From Conger conger (taxonomy: Eukaryota), in contig NC_083761.1 of the NCBI RefSeq assembly GCF_963514075.1, positions 49,797,777 to 49,861,776 of the forward strand: DNA of 64,000 bases, in the 5' to 3' direction. Position 1 is the stretch's first letter. Each line of letters opens with the position of its first letter. A program made the position numbers and the translations under genes. Positions 13,901 to 28,264 of the stretch are shown one piece after another. Below the pieces are notes generated by a model, which saw nothing but the letters and a program-made list of their open reading frames with translations, was not told the origin of the DNA and did no database searches.

Positions 13901-16900
13901 TTAATAATGTGAGAAAAAAAGGGATATTTTGCTTAAATGTGGGGGAAAAATACACAGAAAAATGATAGCTTTTTAAATAGCGATTGGTTTAAAATAGATG
14001 TTTTTTACTGCTTTTTACCAAAAAAAATAATAATAAATGTTATAATCGAACTTCTTTTTGTTCTATCTTAGATTATTTAATATGAGGTGCTCAGAGAAAC
14101 AGCAGCAACATCATTCCACAATAAATGACAGTTCTGGGGTGGTAAAGGGGGCTTCATTCTAGCATTTGTCAGTCACCAGTTTCTGGTGAGCACATCCAAG
14201 TCAAAGTTGGATGGGTTCCCCAAATATGGTGGCATCCATAGCACAATACCCTTGTGTATGTTGTGCACCTGCGATATTTATTTACATGTGCCATTTTTAT
14301 ATTTTACACGTGAAAGTATTATGCTAGTGTTGAGGTTTGACTGGTCATTCAGAGTGCAGTCATATCTGCGGCGCTCTCCATTCAATGAGAAGCACCAGCA
14401 GAGCGGTGGCCTTTGATGTTGCAGGTGCAGGTGTTTTGTCTTTGATGCCATATTGCTGATTCAGTCTCACCAGGAGGAGGATCCACATGTGTCCCTAACA
14501 CAACTGCGCCAAATCAATTGAGCAGGACTTTAATGTCAAATGGCACAACTGGTATTGTATTTAATTTGATTACCAGTTTCAGTTTTTGAGAACATATCTA
14601 ATAAATACTTAAACTCCCAGCAGTACAGAAGGAAATTGGAGCATTTACATTTAAAATAATCTGCTGTGATGAAATGCTTCACAGACACACAGCTACTGTC
14701 GATTAAGTCCACAAGAGGAAACAAAAACATTTTTAGTTAAAAATGTCTTTACATTTTCACTTATTAATATTTTGAACAAACAGCATCATCTATATAATAT
14801 CTTAAAAGCCCAAAAAGGGGCCATGGAAGCCAGACTTCCTACTGAAATAGTTTAAAAACTATATATTTCAGGAGAGGTCAATAGGATGCTTTTCTGGCTC
14901 CGATTGGATGATAAAGACTTTATCTCCAGAGTGTTCCCTCAGGAAGCCAGGCTTCAGGTGTTGTACAGAGCTGCAGGGTTTGCAAGGGAGGGCCTTTTGA
15001 TGATGAATGGAATCATATCCAAACTTAATTATCTCTAAGCATTGTTCATGCAAAGTAGCTCCTGTATGTTGGTATTTGTGTATTTGTTGATATCAAGAGT
15101 ATATCAATTGACAAACTACATTTACAGTTCCATGAAAAAGTATTTTTCACTTTGAATGGTTACACAATTTTGCCAAAATTTTTTAAAAATAGTAGTTCAT
15201 TTACTTAATGAAAAATGTTATCAAATATCCAATATCCAAATGTTACCAATATCACCGATGTGAAAAAGTAATTGTTCCCTTGAAATGACTGGTTGTATCA
15301 CCACATGGCAGAAATAATGGTAACCAAACACTTCCTATAATTTCATATCAGTCTTTCACATCGCTGTGGATGTGAAAATGAACCATGTAATATTAACATA
15401 TTATTATTAACCCAGAATTCCTGTCACCCTTGCAACAGGTTGAATCGATCAAAAACATCCTCACTGTTTCATTATACTTGTCACATGGAGATGAGCACTT
15501 AATGAGAATTTAATAATGCATTTGTGTTCTTTAGAATTTTCATCCAATTTGCAAGCTCTGTGAAAACTATCTTTAATTCAAACCAATAATTTCAAATTGG
15601 GTTCAAGTCTGAGGACCATTGCAAAACTATTTTGTGGCCAAGTTAACATTTCTTGATTAATTTTGAGCCCTAGTTTTTGATTATACTAAAAATGTATTTC
15701 ATTTATTTTATTCGTCTTCAGCAGGCCCCATGCAAATTCAAGTAATCATTTTGTACTGTGTTTAAATGTAAATGTAGTCTATGTAGTCATTTATTTTTCT
15801 GCAAAGGACAATCAGGCAATTATACAAAGGGACAAATGGATAAAATTAATGATGCATTTTATGACAAGACTGCTGAAGGACATGTTTCTAAATCGCTCAA
15901 ATTTCTGTGAAGCTTTAAAATATAAATCTACAAAGCACTCCTGGTTCACTTGAGAGCCCAAAGCCAATTAACAGAACAAATGTAGTGTTGTTAAGCTTCA
16001 GTGGTTGCACCAAAAAAAAAACAGTATGCAATTGTAATTGGTTCCTTTGCCTTGTCTATTTCCATGTACTTTCTCCGACTAAAGTTCTCTGCTCATTTCA
16101 CCCTGGGACTTTGACATTCCGTTTCTCAGTCTCTTTCATTAGACATGTTTACATCTGACATGTTTTACAAATTTTTTATTTGGTTTTATTTCGGTTTGAT
16201 CCTTTCATTTTTCACTTGAGTACACTTGAGTTTCTACATCCATGAGAGATACAAAAACATAATACCCCACAAGTATCAGCACTGGGAAGGACAACCTAAG
16301 CCATTCCTTTTCATTTTTTCCTTCTAGAGCTTTCAGTTTTTGAACAAGCAAATTTACAAATTTAAAGAATCAATTTTCATAAATACTGTAGATGGTTCAA
16401 AAGAACATAAATCCTGTCTTGTCCAACGTGGCTCATTTTCAACAACAGAGACTCAACAAAACCTTTTCTCACTGATAATGGCCAGGCATTTTCAATTTTC
16501 ATCAAAGACTATATTTTCTCAATTGAGCATGAGACCTTTAGAATTTAGAGTTCAGTTCACTCTGAATGATATGTCTTTAAAGCGGGACAGTATACTCTCC
16601 ACCTCTTCAACTTTCCTCAAGAAATTGATTTTGAACTCATCTGAGATGACAATGAATCATTGTATCAATGGTTACCGATAGTGTATTGATTTTTGTTTTA
16701 TACTAAGATCTTAAGTGGCTCTCATGTTCATTGTACAGTGCAGTCCGTATTTGGATAGCAACACATTTTTTGTTGTTTTTGCTCTGTACTCCAGAAAAGT
16801 TTAAATAAAACAAACACTGTGGTTGAAGTGTGGCTTTGAGGGTTTTTACATCCATGGGAATTACAACCCTTTTTATACAAAGTCCCCCCAAATTTAGCAC

Positions 16901-16924
16901 AAATTTAAATAAAGTAATCATATT

Positions 16925-17000
16925 CAATATTTAATTGCATTACATTACATTAATGGCATTTGGCAGACACTCTTATCCAGAGCGACGTACAACAAAGTGC
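16925..17000 (-). repeat. SINE family C tail fragment ('cattacattacattaatggcatttggcagacactcttatccagagcgacgtacaacaaagtgcaaagtgc')
   Basis: This is the reverse complement of the tail shared by 24378-24597, 42470-42550 and 57330-57452. Confidence 0.7.
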
Positions 17001-18959
17001 AAAGTGCATACCTATAACCAGGGATAAATGCGTAGAAAGACCCTAGAGGGAAGTACAATTTTGACAGCTACCTGTACAACAAAGATAAGGACCAGTGCCT
17101 ATTTGATCATCAGATTAAAAAAAACAACAACATTTTTTAAAATAGTAATAGCACAACACGCAAATGTATGATTTTCAAATAGTTTCAGAAAAAGATGGTA
17201 TTTCCTTTTAAATTAATTTGTATTTAAATTGTATTTATCATACAGGCTATGACATCAAATTAGTTCATTTGATCATATCAGTGCATTCATTGCTGTAAAC
17301 ATTCAGTTTATTGATCATACAATAAAGTAATCTGAAGAAAAATAAACAAAAATCCTTACGTTCTTATAAAATTGAAGAGACTAACAAATTTAGCATGTTT
17401 TTTCTAAAATCAGTCTGGTTCATCTTCCCTCAAGAAGACTAGGATGACTGTCACAGCCTCCTCCATGCATTAGTACTCCAGAATTGCGGTGACAGAGTCT
17501 CCAGGCTGCATGACAGACTTTTAAGAAGGGTGCATTTTGCTCTAGGTGACAGTATGTCCAGGAGAAGTGAAAAGATATGACATGGGTCACATAGTACAGT
17601 TTAATGAAAGGAAGTTAAAGAAAGGAAGGAAAGGAAACAGCACAGATTCTGCTCAGGATGAAAGATCTGAATGTGAATTGAATTATGGATTAAAAATAAA
17701 GTTAAAGTTGAAATTGATTCCACTGAAGCTAAATTCAACCAGAAAGAAAAAATGGACAAATGTATACTGCCATCTAGTGAACAGAATGCACACTGATAAT
17801 CTGCAACCAATTTCTTTATTGTCGCAGATCAATATTGTTAAACTGGTCTGTTTAAAATAAAATAAAATAAAATATAATGTGTGGCATGAGGTTACTTTTA
17901 GGGATTTCATTACATTATATTAAATTCATTTTGTAAACAACAATATTCCCAGACCAGCAAGTTTGTATGTAACATTACATCACTAAAGCACGAGTGCAAG
18001 TTAACTTCGTACTAACTATGTAGTACAAATTCTGAATGTGCTGCATGTAGACTCAAGGGGCCTGGGCTTGCCATTCTCGGAGAAACTCACAAACTCCAGT
18101 GGTAACTCGAGGTATTGCAGTTTTGTAAGCCTCTGGTGCCAAAAAGCACATTTGCCCATTGAAGTACATTCAAAGCTATACATTTACCCTGGCCAAAATA
18201 TATTACTTTTTTCACACTGAATTAATTAATCTCCAGCAATCAATTTATTTTCTGAGCAATACAGAAGAAGATGTTTCATTTGGTCCGCATGGTTTTACAT
18301 TACACTGCACTCACCTGTTCAATTAAAACAAGACAGTTGGTTGGAAAAAAAATACCAGTGCACAGACCTGCCCTCGAGGACCAAAGTTGTGCATGCTTGG
18401 TATAAATACATAGAGTGTGAGCACCTATTATCGACCAGCTACGCACGATAAACAGAAAAACGCTATTTACAACTATGTATAAAAAAATAGGCAAACTGGT
18501 GTTAACACCCTATACCTAGTTATGTAGAAGAAAATTTCCTTTTTATCTTCTGGAGTTAATTTACTTCTTTACTTCCTTATTTTTTTGTCGGATGCAAAAT
18601 ACATAGGATGTCACCATGCTAGCCCATTAGCCGCTAAGGGGACGTTTATCAACCACCCAGGGGACATGTACCGACCACCAGGTAATTTTTGCTAAAAATA
18701 AAGCCACTCTAAGCTATAAAAGGTGGTTTGCATTCAACTGTATGATATTTTAGCTTGCAAAAAATATGTAAATGATTGCAGTTACTCACCAGTTTATTTT
18801 GTAACATCATCACCTGTACCTTGTGGAAAACACCTGAATCTGATTAGGTACACGTAGGCTGCATTTACAACACCCAGCCCAAAGTTTTTCTCATCTACCT
18901 GCATTATATGGATTGAATAACTAAAAGAAATGGTAAAGGCATTGATCATAATCTTTATA

Positions 18960-19640
18960 GGGGCTAAAGTAGCATGTCTTTAACATTAGTCCTTGAGATA
19001 ATGTTGAAGTGCCTTTCCACAAAACTAAACGGCGACATGCCTGTAGGCCTACTCACTTTTACTGGCAGGAAAGTGTCATATATAGTACTGTGCAAAGGTT
19101 TGAAACAATGCTGTAGCAGATGGCAGTTTGTTCGCCGAAGGGCTGGAGAGCGGTACAAGAATGAGTGTCTGCAGGCAATAGTGAGGCATGATGGAGGTTC
19201 CTTGCAAGTTTGGGACTGCAAATGAAGTTGAGGATTTGGTCAGAATGAATGGTCTCCTCAATGCTAAGAAGTACAGGCAGATACTTATCCATCATGCAAT
19301 ACCATCAGGGAGGCATCTGATTGGCCCCAAATGTCATTAAGAACTATCTTCAGCCTAAAGAAGAACAAGGAGTCCTGGGAGTGATGGTATGGCCCCCACA
19401 GAGCCCAGATCTCAACATCATCGAGTCTGTCTGGGAGTTCATGAAGAGACAGAAACATTTGAGGCTGCCTAAACTGTGGCTAGTTCTCCAAAATGTTTGG
19501 AACAACCTACCTGCCGAGTTCCTTCAAAAACTGTGTACAAGTATGCCTAGAAGAATTGATGCTGTTTTGAAGGCAAAGGGTGGTCACACCACATGCATTC
19601 ATATTTTACAGTATTTTTTCACACCGGCCTAAAACTTCTG
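18960..19640 (+). pseudogene. Tc1-family transposase pseudogene (middle and C-terminal DDE region; frameshifted and truncated)
   Basis: ORF 19321-19632 encodes ...VWPPQSPDLNIIESVWEFMKRQ... (Tc1 DDE C-terminal signature). An upstream fragment sits in another frame at 18974-19225. Confidence 0.7.
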
Positions 19641-22600
19641 CACAGTACTGTATTTAAAAAAATAACACATATAATGCATATTTGCATTGATGCCAACTGT
19701 TCTTTTGTTAATAAAATGTAATCCATTTTTAGGACTATAAACAAAACGGCCATTAGGAAAGTTATATTGCAAACCAAGAAGCCTTATTGTTGCGCTGTAT
19801 TAACTAATCGTTGCGATTAAGAAATTCCAGGCATGTTGTTCGTATAATGTTAATATTGTAAACCAGGATGTATTAATATTGCGAAATGTATATTTATGAA
19901 GTTTTTTCACGAAGACAGTTTATTATGTGTATTTCTACGGGACATACATTTTAATGGGTAATGGCATTCACTTCTCTTGAATAAAAGCAAATACAAACAT
20001 TAGCATCTGAGGTGGTTGTTATGCATCCACGTCCCCCCCAGGTGGTCGATAATAAGTGCTTTAAAACTTGCGGCATGATTTTAACTTATAAACTTGATTG
20101 CAAATACTGATTACACAAATGTATCCTAAGAGCAATTGGGGAAAAAGCCGCATGGGCACGAATGTGTTGGCACATCCCATGAGAATGACCAGCTGGGGAT
20201 AGATAAGTTCATCTTTGTTGTTATATTTGGTACACAAATATGACTGTGCAGCAGTGGAGGCTGGTGACTTCCAGAATTGAGGAGGCCATTTTTTTCCGCT
20301 TGCTCACTTCACTCGCGATGGAATGTTCCCTGTTCTCTTATCTGTCTTTGTGCTGGCCAAAGGCATACTATTTGGAGTGTAAGCTACAGTCAGAAAGTTC
20401 TGGCTGATGAAATTAATTGTGCAGAGCTTAGCCTTGTGCCTTCCTGAAGAAATGACATTGCTGTAAGTCCATGAGCCTGCCTGATAATTAAGCTGAGAAA
20501 TGACATTTGGATGTAATATAAATGCCAAGTGAACATGTGTAAAAGGCAGGAATTTTAATTATGTAGTTAAAAACAATTTTGTTTAGCTTACATTTTTCAT
20601 TCTTCTACAGCTTCAACATGTAATCACCAATTTAATCAAGTTTAGCATATAAAAAAGATAAGATAACACTTTCTTTATCATATGTAGTTTTATTCAATAT
20701 ATTTAATATAAAATATGTAAAAATATGGTTCCAGTTGGCTTTATCTAACGTTAACGTTATCCACTAGAGGGCAGCACTCTATTCGTATTTAGAGTGAATT
20801 TCCTCACAGAGCAACAATTCAGTAATTTGATATGGAAGATTATTAAATTGACTTGTAATAAAACGAAATGGACTACATTCAAAATAAAACTGTTCAATAA
20901 ATCCCAAATGGTGTCTAACATGACCTATTGAATGTCATTCTCACTCCCTAGTATCTGGAATCTGCATATCTCCAGCCCAAGATCTCAAATTGTGCCAGAA
21001 TCTCGCCGACTTCCGAGGTAGTTTTAAGCAAAAGTGTTTGGCCAAATGAGCTATAAGCTCCAGGGATGATAGCCAGGGGTGTTCTCTAAATTTCCTGAAA
21101 AGCACAAGTTGATAGGACACTCGTAGCCACTATGGCGAGTGTTTGTTTGACTGAAGTGACTAGCGAATTCTCAAAATGGCTTCTGTGTTGAATAGGAAAG
21201 GAAAGGATAGTTGATTCCAAATGAACCAGTAGCATGTGATTGGACGAACAAAATGTCAATCTTTCAGCCCTGGACACAATGCATGGTGAGGCCAGGCCTC
21301 CGTTGCCCACCCAGTTTCAGTGATCTGGCCAATCACATATTGGCATGAAAAAAAATGCATTACATTGACTTCTATGAAAAGCTAATTTCCTAGGGGAGGC
21401 CTGGCCTCCCTTAATACAAACTGATAGGGAAATCTGGCCTGTTGCTTTACAATTGCAATATTGGGTTTTAGCCATGGGAAAATTTAGATTTATGAACAAA
21501 ACTAAAATAATATGAATATAAAAAATAAAAAATATGTTTTTTGTTAAAATAAATAAATAAAATAAATATATTTATTGTTTTTTTTAAATCTCTCTCTTCT
21601 CTCAAATTATTGGGGAGGCCAGGCCTCCTCCACCTCTATGGAGGAGCCTCCACTGCTGTGCAGTCATAACTACAATATTTTTAAAAAGTAATGAAAAGCT
21701 GCATGTCAATAATTTGCTGAGGCTTGTAATTTTGTGGTTACAGAACGATTTAATGCTTTGTTTGCTTAGGCTATATGAAGTTGCCGCTGCTGCCATCTAT
21801 GATGAAATGCACTAGCATACCATTTCATAGTATAACGGAAATGCAATTCAGTGGGACATCCTCTTAACCTCCCCATTATTTTGATGATGCTGTCATTTCG
21901 ATATTATTACTGCCAATATTACTAATAACGTGACCTGCAAAATCATTCCTGTGTCCATTGTTTATGGTGATGAATCGATAAATAAATTAAAATTAAATAA
22001 ATCTGGCATGATTCCATCATATTATTATTTTGACCACATTATTTCTGTCTTTGCATGATGATGGTGCTGTTGATGATGAAGACTAATCACATATGAAAAA
22101 TAAATAGGCCAAATAATTAATAATGAGAATAGGTTCATATATTTAATTTGCTCTTTATTTTTAAGACAATATACTATGATGCTGATTAAGGTGGTGGTGA
22201 TGATGAAGATGATAAATCTGTCAATTACAAAGATTAAAACTTTATTAATATTAGTTAGTTCAGTTAGCCAGCTATCATTGTTCTACTGTCTAGCTAACCA
22301 GCTAGGTATAACTACTGCTCAAGAGCTAGCTTGTCGAACATTACATTTTACTTTTTCTTTTAAACATTTTTGTCATTTGGCAGACGCCTTTAATCCAAAG
22401 CGATTTACAAGTGCATAGGTTCTACCAGAAGTCAAAGCATCACATCCAGAACTAGGAAAATACACATGGAGTGCTGTTCTAAACATATAGTCATCATAAG
22501 TGCAAATTATTATTATTATTATTTTTTTTTTTGGGGGGGGGTTAGACAAGGATAGGGATATCAGAAAGGGGGGGCGGGGGAAATCAGGAGAGAGGACTAA

Positions 22601-24377
22601 GGTAGAGTTTGAAAAGGTGGGTTTTGAGTCTGCGTCAAAATAGGGGGAGGGATTCTGCTGTCCTGACAGTGGTAGGCAAGTCATTCCACCACTGAGGAAC
22701 CAGAACGGAAAACAGGCGTGAACATAACAGTTCTTGAGTTAGGTAGTTAGCTAGCAAGCACTATTGTACATCAGTTAGGATAAACTGGGTGGGCAACTGA
22801 ATGTTTTTCCCAATGGGCCAGTTATGAACCAGGCATTAAAATCAGCTTGTTGAGAATTACAAGAAAGGTAAGTTTAGGTACCCAGTGTGCATACTTTAGC
22901 ACCAAAAGCCCCATTGTCCAGTATGTCCGCCTCCGTGAATTGGCTTCTTGCGCCATAGGGAGGTAAAGCTGAATTGAATTTTGGGTATACTGCTAAATGC
23001 TATGCTAGCATATTTCATCATAGACAGCAGCAAGGACAACTGCATATAAGCAAACGTAGCATTAAATCATTCTACAACCACAAAATGACAAGGCTCCATA
23101 TCACCAGCAAATGATTGAAATGCAGCTTTTCGACTTAAGGTTCTGTTCCACTGAAAAAATAAAAATTCCTGTTAAATTGACCTTTTACTGTTTACTGCTG
23201 CAAATCATCCCTCAATTATTCAACTTTCAGGATAATGCCACCTTTTGAATGATTATGCCATGGTGAAATTAGTATAATTATTAATCATTTCCATCTTTTG
23301 AGTCAATTTTCTCAAAACCTGATTTTGGATTACATGACAGGACTGAATCATTGTTCTCAGTGCATAGTCATCTTATCATCATGGAACCTTAACTCCATAT
23401 CCAGGAGAGTGTTTTGAGCCAATTCTTTTGAGCGGGTACAGCATCACAAATCTCATTGTTATATCCTGAGATTTCATCATTTTTCTTCAAATCCAAATTT
23501 TCTCAAAAAATTACTATTGGGTACTGGTGAAAAAATGGCCCAAACAATCTTCAAACATGTCTTATTTAGAATCTGAAATAATTATAATGATATCTTACTT
23601 GGTACAGATTATAGACTGCTACAGATTTGTAATTTGTCATTTCCACCGTCTTCAATAAAGTATGCAAATGAGATAATTTACATATTTTGTTGGAATTTAT
23701 CTTTTCAAGTCCATACCGCATGATAGTTGAAATGTGTGCCTCTAAAATGATCTGGAAGACCAAAGATTAGTTTTCGGTGGAACGTAACCTTAACCGGCAT
23801 GATTTTAACATATAAACTTTATTACAAATAGGATACATTTGTGTATTCAGTATCCTATCAATGGCAACCTGATGGCAACTAATATCAAGCGACATTTAAA
23901 AATTTAATGAAAAGCTGTATGTCGATCATTTGCTGATGATACGGAGCCTTGTAATTTCGTGGTTGCAGAATGATTTAATGCTTCATTTGAAGTTATTGCT
24001 GTACTTTTGTACAATAGGCTATTTTAAAGGGACGGACGGTAAAGACAGCAAATTATTTGTTTATTCAAAGTGACAACAAGTCACAGCAGAGCTACACACA
24101 GAGCTACAATAAATAAATAAACATAATATAAAACTATCCTAAACATACTAATAAAAGCCTTGCTGTGTATTTTTATGAATCTGAAATATTCTACATAAAA
24201 AGCTGTAAAGCTGTAAGCTGCTATCTTAATGTAATGTACCTACAAACATGATCAAATGTGAAATAGAATCACAAACACGTGGTTTGTGTTCATAATGCAA
24301 TATGAAATCCGAACAAATTGCATGACAAACAAAGACGGGCAATGAAGACAGGCAACAAAATTGCATGACAAACAAAG

Positions 24378-24597
24378 GGGCGGCCTGTAGTGTAGTGGTT
24401 AAGGTACATGACTGGGACCCGCAAGGTCAGTTTGGTCCCCGGTGTAGCCACAATAAGATCTGCACAACCTTGAGCAAGGCCCTTCACCCTGCATTGCTCC
24501 AGGGGAGGATTGTCTTCTGCTTAGTCTGGTCAACTGTATGTCACTCTGGATAAGAGCATTTGCTAAATGCCATTACTGTAATGTAATGCAACAGGAA
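24378..24597 (+). repeat. tRNA-derived SINE (family C), full-length copy; tail '...gtcactctggataagagcatttgctaaatgccattactgtaatgtaatg'
   Basis: tRNA-like head 'gggcggcctgtagtgtagtggttaaggtacatgactgggacccgcaaggtcagtttggtccccgg'. Partial copies at 29660-29812 and 34770-34918, and tail-only copies elsewhere. Confidence 0.75.
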
Positions 24598-24639
24598 TTC
24601 CCAAGTGCAAGTGTGGCTAGTGTGGGTTTGATACAATAG

Positions 24640-24965
24640 GTAAAAAAATGTGTTGTTAAAATATTGTTAAAAGACCATTGTAAATCCCTTCCTATCATTG
24701 AAAAAGGCTCACTGACTCACCCTCTGCCTGTGTTTATAGTCCTTAAATTCGGGTTTTAAAATATGCAGTCGACGGGCCGGCACTCCATACCAAAACATTG
24801 TACTGTAATTCAAGCTCATTGGTTGAAAATTGGTACTAATTGCCACAGCCAATGGTCTTTCAATGTCAGCACGTTCACAGATAAGGGGGGGGATAAACAG
24901 TGTAGTGCTTTGAGCATGTTTGTTGCTGCAATTCCTCTCTTGACCGTTTGAAGTCCAAAATGACC
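24640..24965 (+). mobile_element. TIR-MITE family 'X', uninterrupted copy
   Basis: Aligns with 3055-3295 plus 3960-4108, and with 32150-32600 in reverse orientation. Confidence 0.55.
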
Positions 24966-25606
24966 TATTGTACCTAGTGGACCTTGAGCGATTTCCGGGT
25001 CAGGAGCAAGGTAAAGAAAAAAAAGAGGAGAAACATAAACGATTGGAACGAGCCCTAAATCTTGCTAAAGATACATTTTAATATCATCTCAGAAATATGC
25101 ATCAGGATCTATTAGTTTCCTCAACAATTCCAAAATGCGAGTCCTGCACCACCCCAAGTACCTCTTTTAATTTGAAAATCACAGGTATTTAGTGGATTAT
25201 TTTTTCCATCTACGTAAATCTTTCCTAGGACCTAGGATCAATGTAGCCTAATAGTCTGATGTGGAGATGAATTGAGAAAAGTCTACTAATTTGGCCTTCT
25301 TCTATTCCTTGTTGTTTGTACATTCTCTTGCTACACCCTAGTGGCTGCTTGTGCACATATCATTACAACCTCCCTTGTGAAATACAAAAGAGGTAATACA
25401 TATTTATGTTGTGTACTGTTACTGTAACTTGTCATTTGTAAAAAGTTATTGCTTCATAACAACAACATATACATTTTTTTGATTGCCTTTAGAGTGACAT
25501 GACTGCATTGGCTCTTTACCTTTGTCCCTCTAGCTATGCTGCCATAGACCTATTCTAACAGCATTTTTCTTTATTGCACATGGCGAACCGATAAGGAGAC
25601 ATATAG

Positions 25607-26362
25607 CGCATTTCCATCGGTGGAACTTTACCCCGGAACTAAGGTATTTCGCCGGAAGTCGACGCGTTTTCATATCACGTGCCTGGCAAATCTCATCGTT
25701 CCGGGGCCGTTATTCAGCCCTAAAAAAGCCCCTGCTCAGGAGGTAGAGCTTTCTGATGGCCAGGAACTAGCGCGGGTGTGGCTGGCAGCGCCGATCATTT
25801 CTGATTGGGCGAGTACCTGTGTGGGTGTGGCTAGATCGCAGATTTGAAACACACACACAAGGTGGCAAATATAAGTCAATGTAGTCTGCAGTAACAGCCA
25901 TTATTCAAAAATACATCATCCACTATTGTGCTTTACATGACAAAGTAACTTTCTTACCATTCTAGCTCTTTGTTCCTGATGCCACGACTCCAGCTCCACC
26001 ATCGTTTGGTCTATCTCCAAAATAGCACGTAAACATGCCTGTCTGCATGCTCTAGTTTGGCATAGCCTAGCCCTTCTAGCATTTCGGACACTTTCTAATC
26101 GTGTTGATTCACGCACCCGTTGTGCAAACCAAGAAATCGCGAGCAGCAGCAGCGTAACCTGGACTTCCTTCATGCTTAGAAACGGCGCCGACCACAGCTG
26201 TGGCTTTTTATATGACGCCATCATTGTTGTTGGATAGTCTTCTGCTTTACCGCCATCTACTGCATTACCGCCATCTACTGGCCTGGAGTGGAACGTTTTC
26301 ACTTTTTTTCTTCAGACTAATTTGCATAAACTCCCCGGGGTCTTTAGCCCCCGGTGGAAATG
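25607..26362. mobile_element. Unclassified element of about 750 bp bounded by roughly 30-bp inverted repeats ('gcatttccatcggtggaactttaccccgg' / reverse complement 'gcatttccaccgggggctaaagaccccgg')
   Basis: The inverted termini are seen directly. The interior is GC- and CpG-rich and contains a 128-aa ORF on the - strand without recognisable motifs. Confidence 0.35.
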
Positions 26363-28264
26363 CAGGCTGAAGGAACCTTTTGTTCATTGTGTACTTGTTC
26401 CTGGGAGTTAAATTCCCAGGAACTCCTGGTCAAAATGAAGCTATAGTGGTCTCTAACATATCTGAGCTGCCTAATTATATGTTTTTCTCTTTTCCCTGCT
26501 TCAGGCAATTGCATGGAGCAGTAGGCATACGACCACCTGAGCACCCTCCTCCAGATGCAGCTGGTTCAGCTCCAGCCTCACACCTGTCGCCTGCCTGACC
26601 TGACCAGCCGTTCGCTTGTCTCTCGTCACACACCGAGTCATCCTTGCCCAGCACAGGCTGTCATTGATGTACTGTCATTTCCTATTTATTTCCATTCATA
26701 AAAAAAACTTTCCCAAATTAACCGGTGCCAGACAGCGGCAGATGGGCTTCCCTCTGTGAGTCGGGTTCTGCTCAAGGTTTCTTAGGTGTGTTTCCTTGCC
26801 ACTGTCCCTGTAGGCGAGCTCCTGGGGGGTGTATCTCTAAAGAATGGGTTTGTGACAATGCCATCTGTAAAAAGCACCATACAAACACAAATGAATTGAA
26901 TACTTGAGATTTGCCCCTGAATTTGAAATCTAGCATTTGGAAGGATAAGATGTACAGTCTCTACTTTGTTGCTTACCTATGGTACTCACTTTGATTTAAG
27001 TCGGACAAGCAAGTTCTAAGAAGGACAAGCCCACTTTTACAAGTTTGATATTCTTCCTGGGATGTTGGGTTGCATGTTCACTAATGTATTTGGAAAAGGC
27101 TTACATTTACATTATAGTCATTTAGCAGACATCCAGATCAACATACAATAAATAATGGCCATAAATGTAATTGGGACAAAGGATCTGTAGGGGAAAATTC
27201 ACAGAACAAAAGATCTCCCTCCTAAAAGCATGATAAACAATCACAAGTCAAAATCAGACTCAACCTTGATGAGCAGGCTGGTTCCTTTCAAAACTCTCGA
27301 TGATGTATGCTAAAAGTGTATCAATATATCCATATTAAAGTATGATATGTACCCTGTATAGTTTCAAACTGATTAACTGCTAAATTGTGCTAGAATTACA
27401 CAGTGACCCATATGAAACCGGAGTTGAATAAAGAAGCCAGCTGTCTACTGTGTAGATAGTCAAGGACAGTGGGCAAAGTGAGATGTCTGATATGCCTGTA
27501 CAGCTGGTTTCTCCAAAAACTCTCGATGATTTATGCTAAAAGTGTATCTATATGCAAGTGACTTATAATCAATATATCACATGTACGCTGCTTGTTATCA
27601 AATCAAATGAACCTAGAACATTAATTATAGCTGAGCTTATGAAAACGCAAGAAACCACAGTGAAAACTGTTGAAATGAGAGAAAAGAATGCAACGTACAT
27701 TTACACACTTAGAAGAGAATATTAATCAAATGTTTAGTATGTCTGTATATTTTCAATGATTACTGCTGCTTAGTTCGTGTTAGAAAAGTGACCCATATGT
27801 GGAAAAATACAGAGTGACGTGTATGTTTAGAAAAAACCATGGATGACGTGTGTGTTGGAGGGCAGTTCGCGAGGGCGGGGGCGTCCTGAACTTTGTACAG
27901 AGTTGGCCAAGCATCCCTGAACTTTGTACAGAGCTGGCAGAGCAGAAGGACCTTTGGCGATTTGCCACAATGATGTTTGCACCTGTTGGGGGGAGGATCT
28001 TTGGGAGGAGTTAAGATAAGAACAGAGTGGGTGATTTGCCACAATGAGGTTGTAGGAGGAGTTGGAGGGTGTATAAAATGGGTGTAAAAATGACATTCGA
28101 GGTCCAGTCCATGTTTTTGCAAAACTGGTCCAGCTTTATGCGCTTCTGCTAATAAAGTCCGATTTTCCTGAAGAGCTTGCTGCCGTGGTGTCTTTTCCCT
28201 CGTGAAGATGTTTTTCGACAAATTGGAGATTGGACTCGAGATTGGTCGTTTTCCTAGACATGAC

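Noticed and set aside
24378-24450. tRNA-like sequences at the SINE heads (e.g. 24378-24450, 2676-2750, 45455-45530)
   Set aside because: A and B boxes are present, but the sequences continue into SINE bodies and lack an acceptor-stem/CCA-compatible cloverleaf. They are SINE heads, not tRNA genes.
27760-28221. 153-aa ORF on the - strand
   Set aside because: It overlaps short tandem duplications, shows no recognisable domain, and has a His/Pro/Thr-rich low-complexity composition. Most likely spurious.
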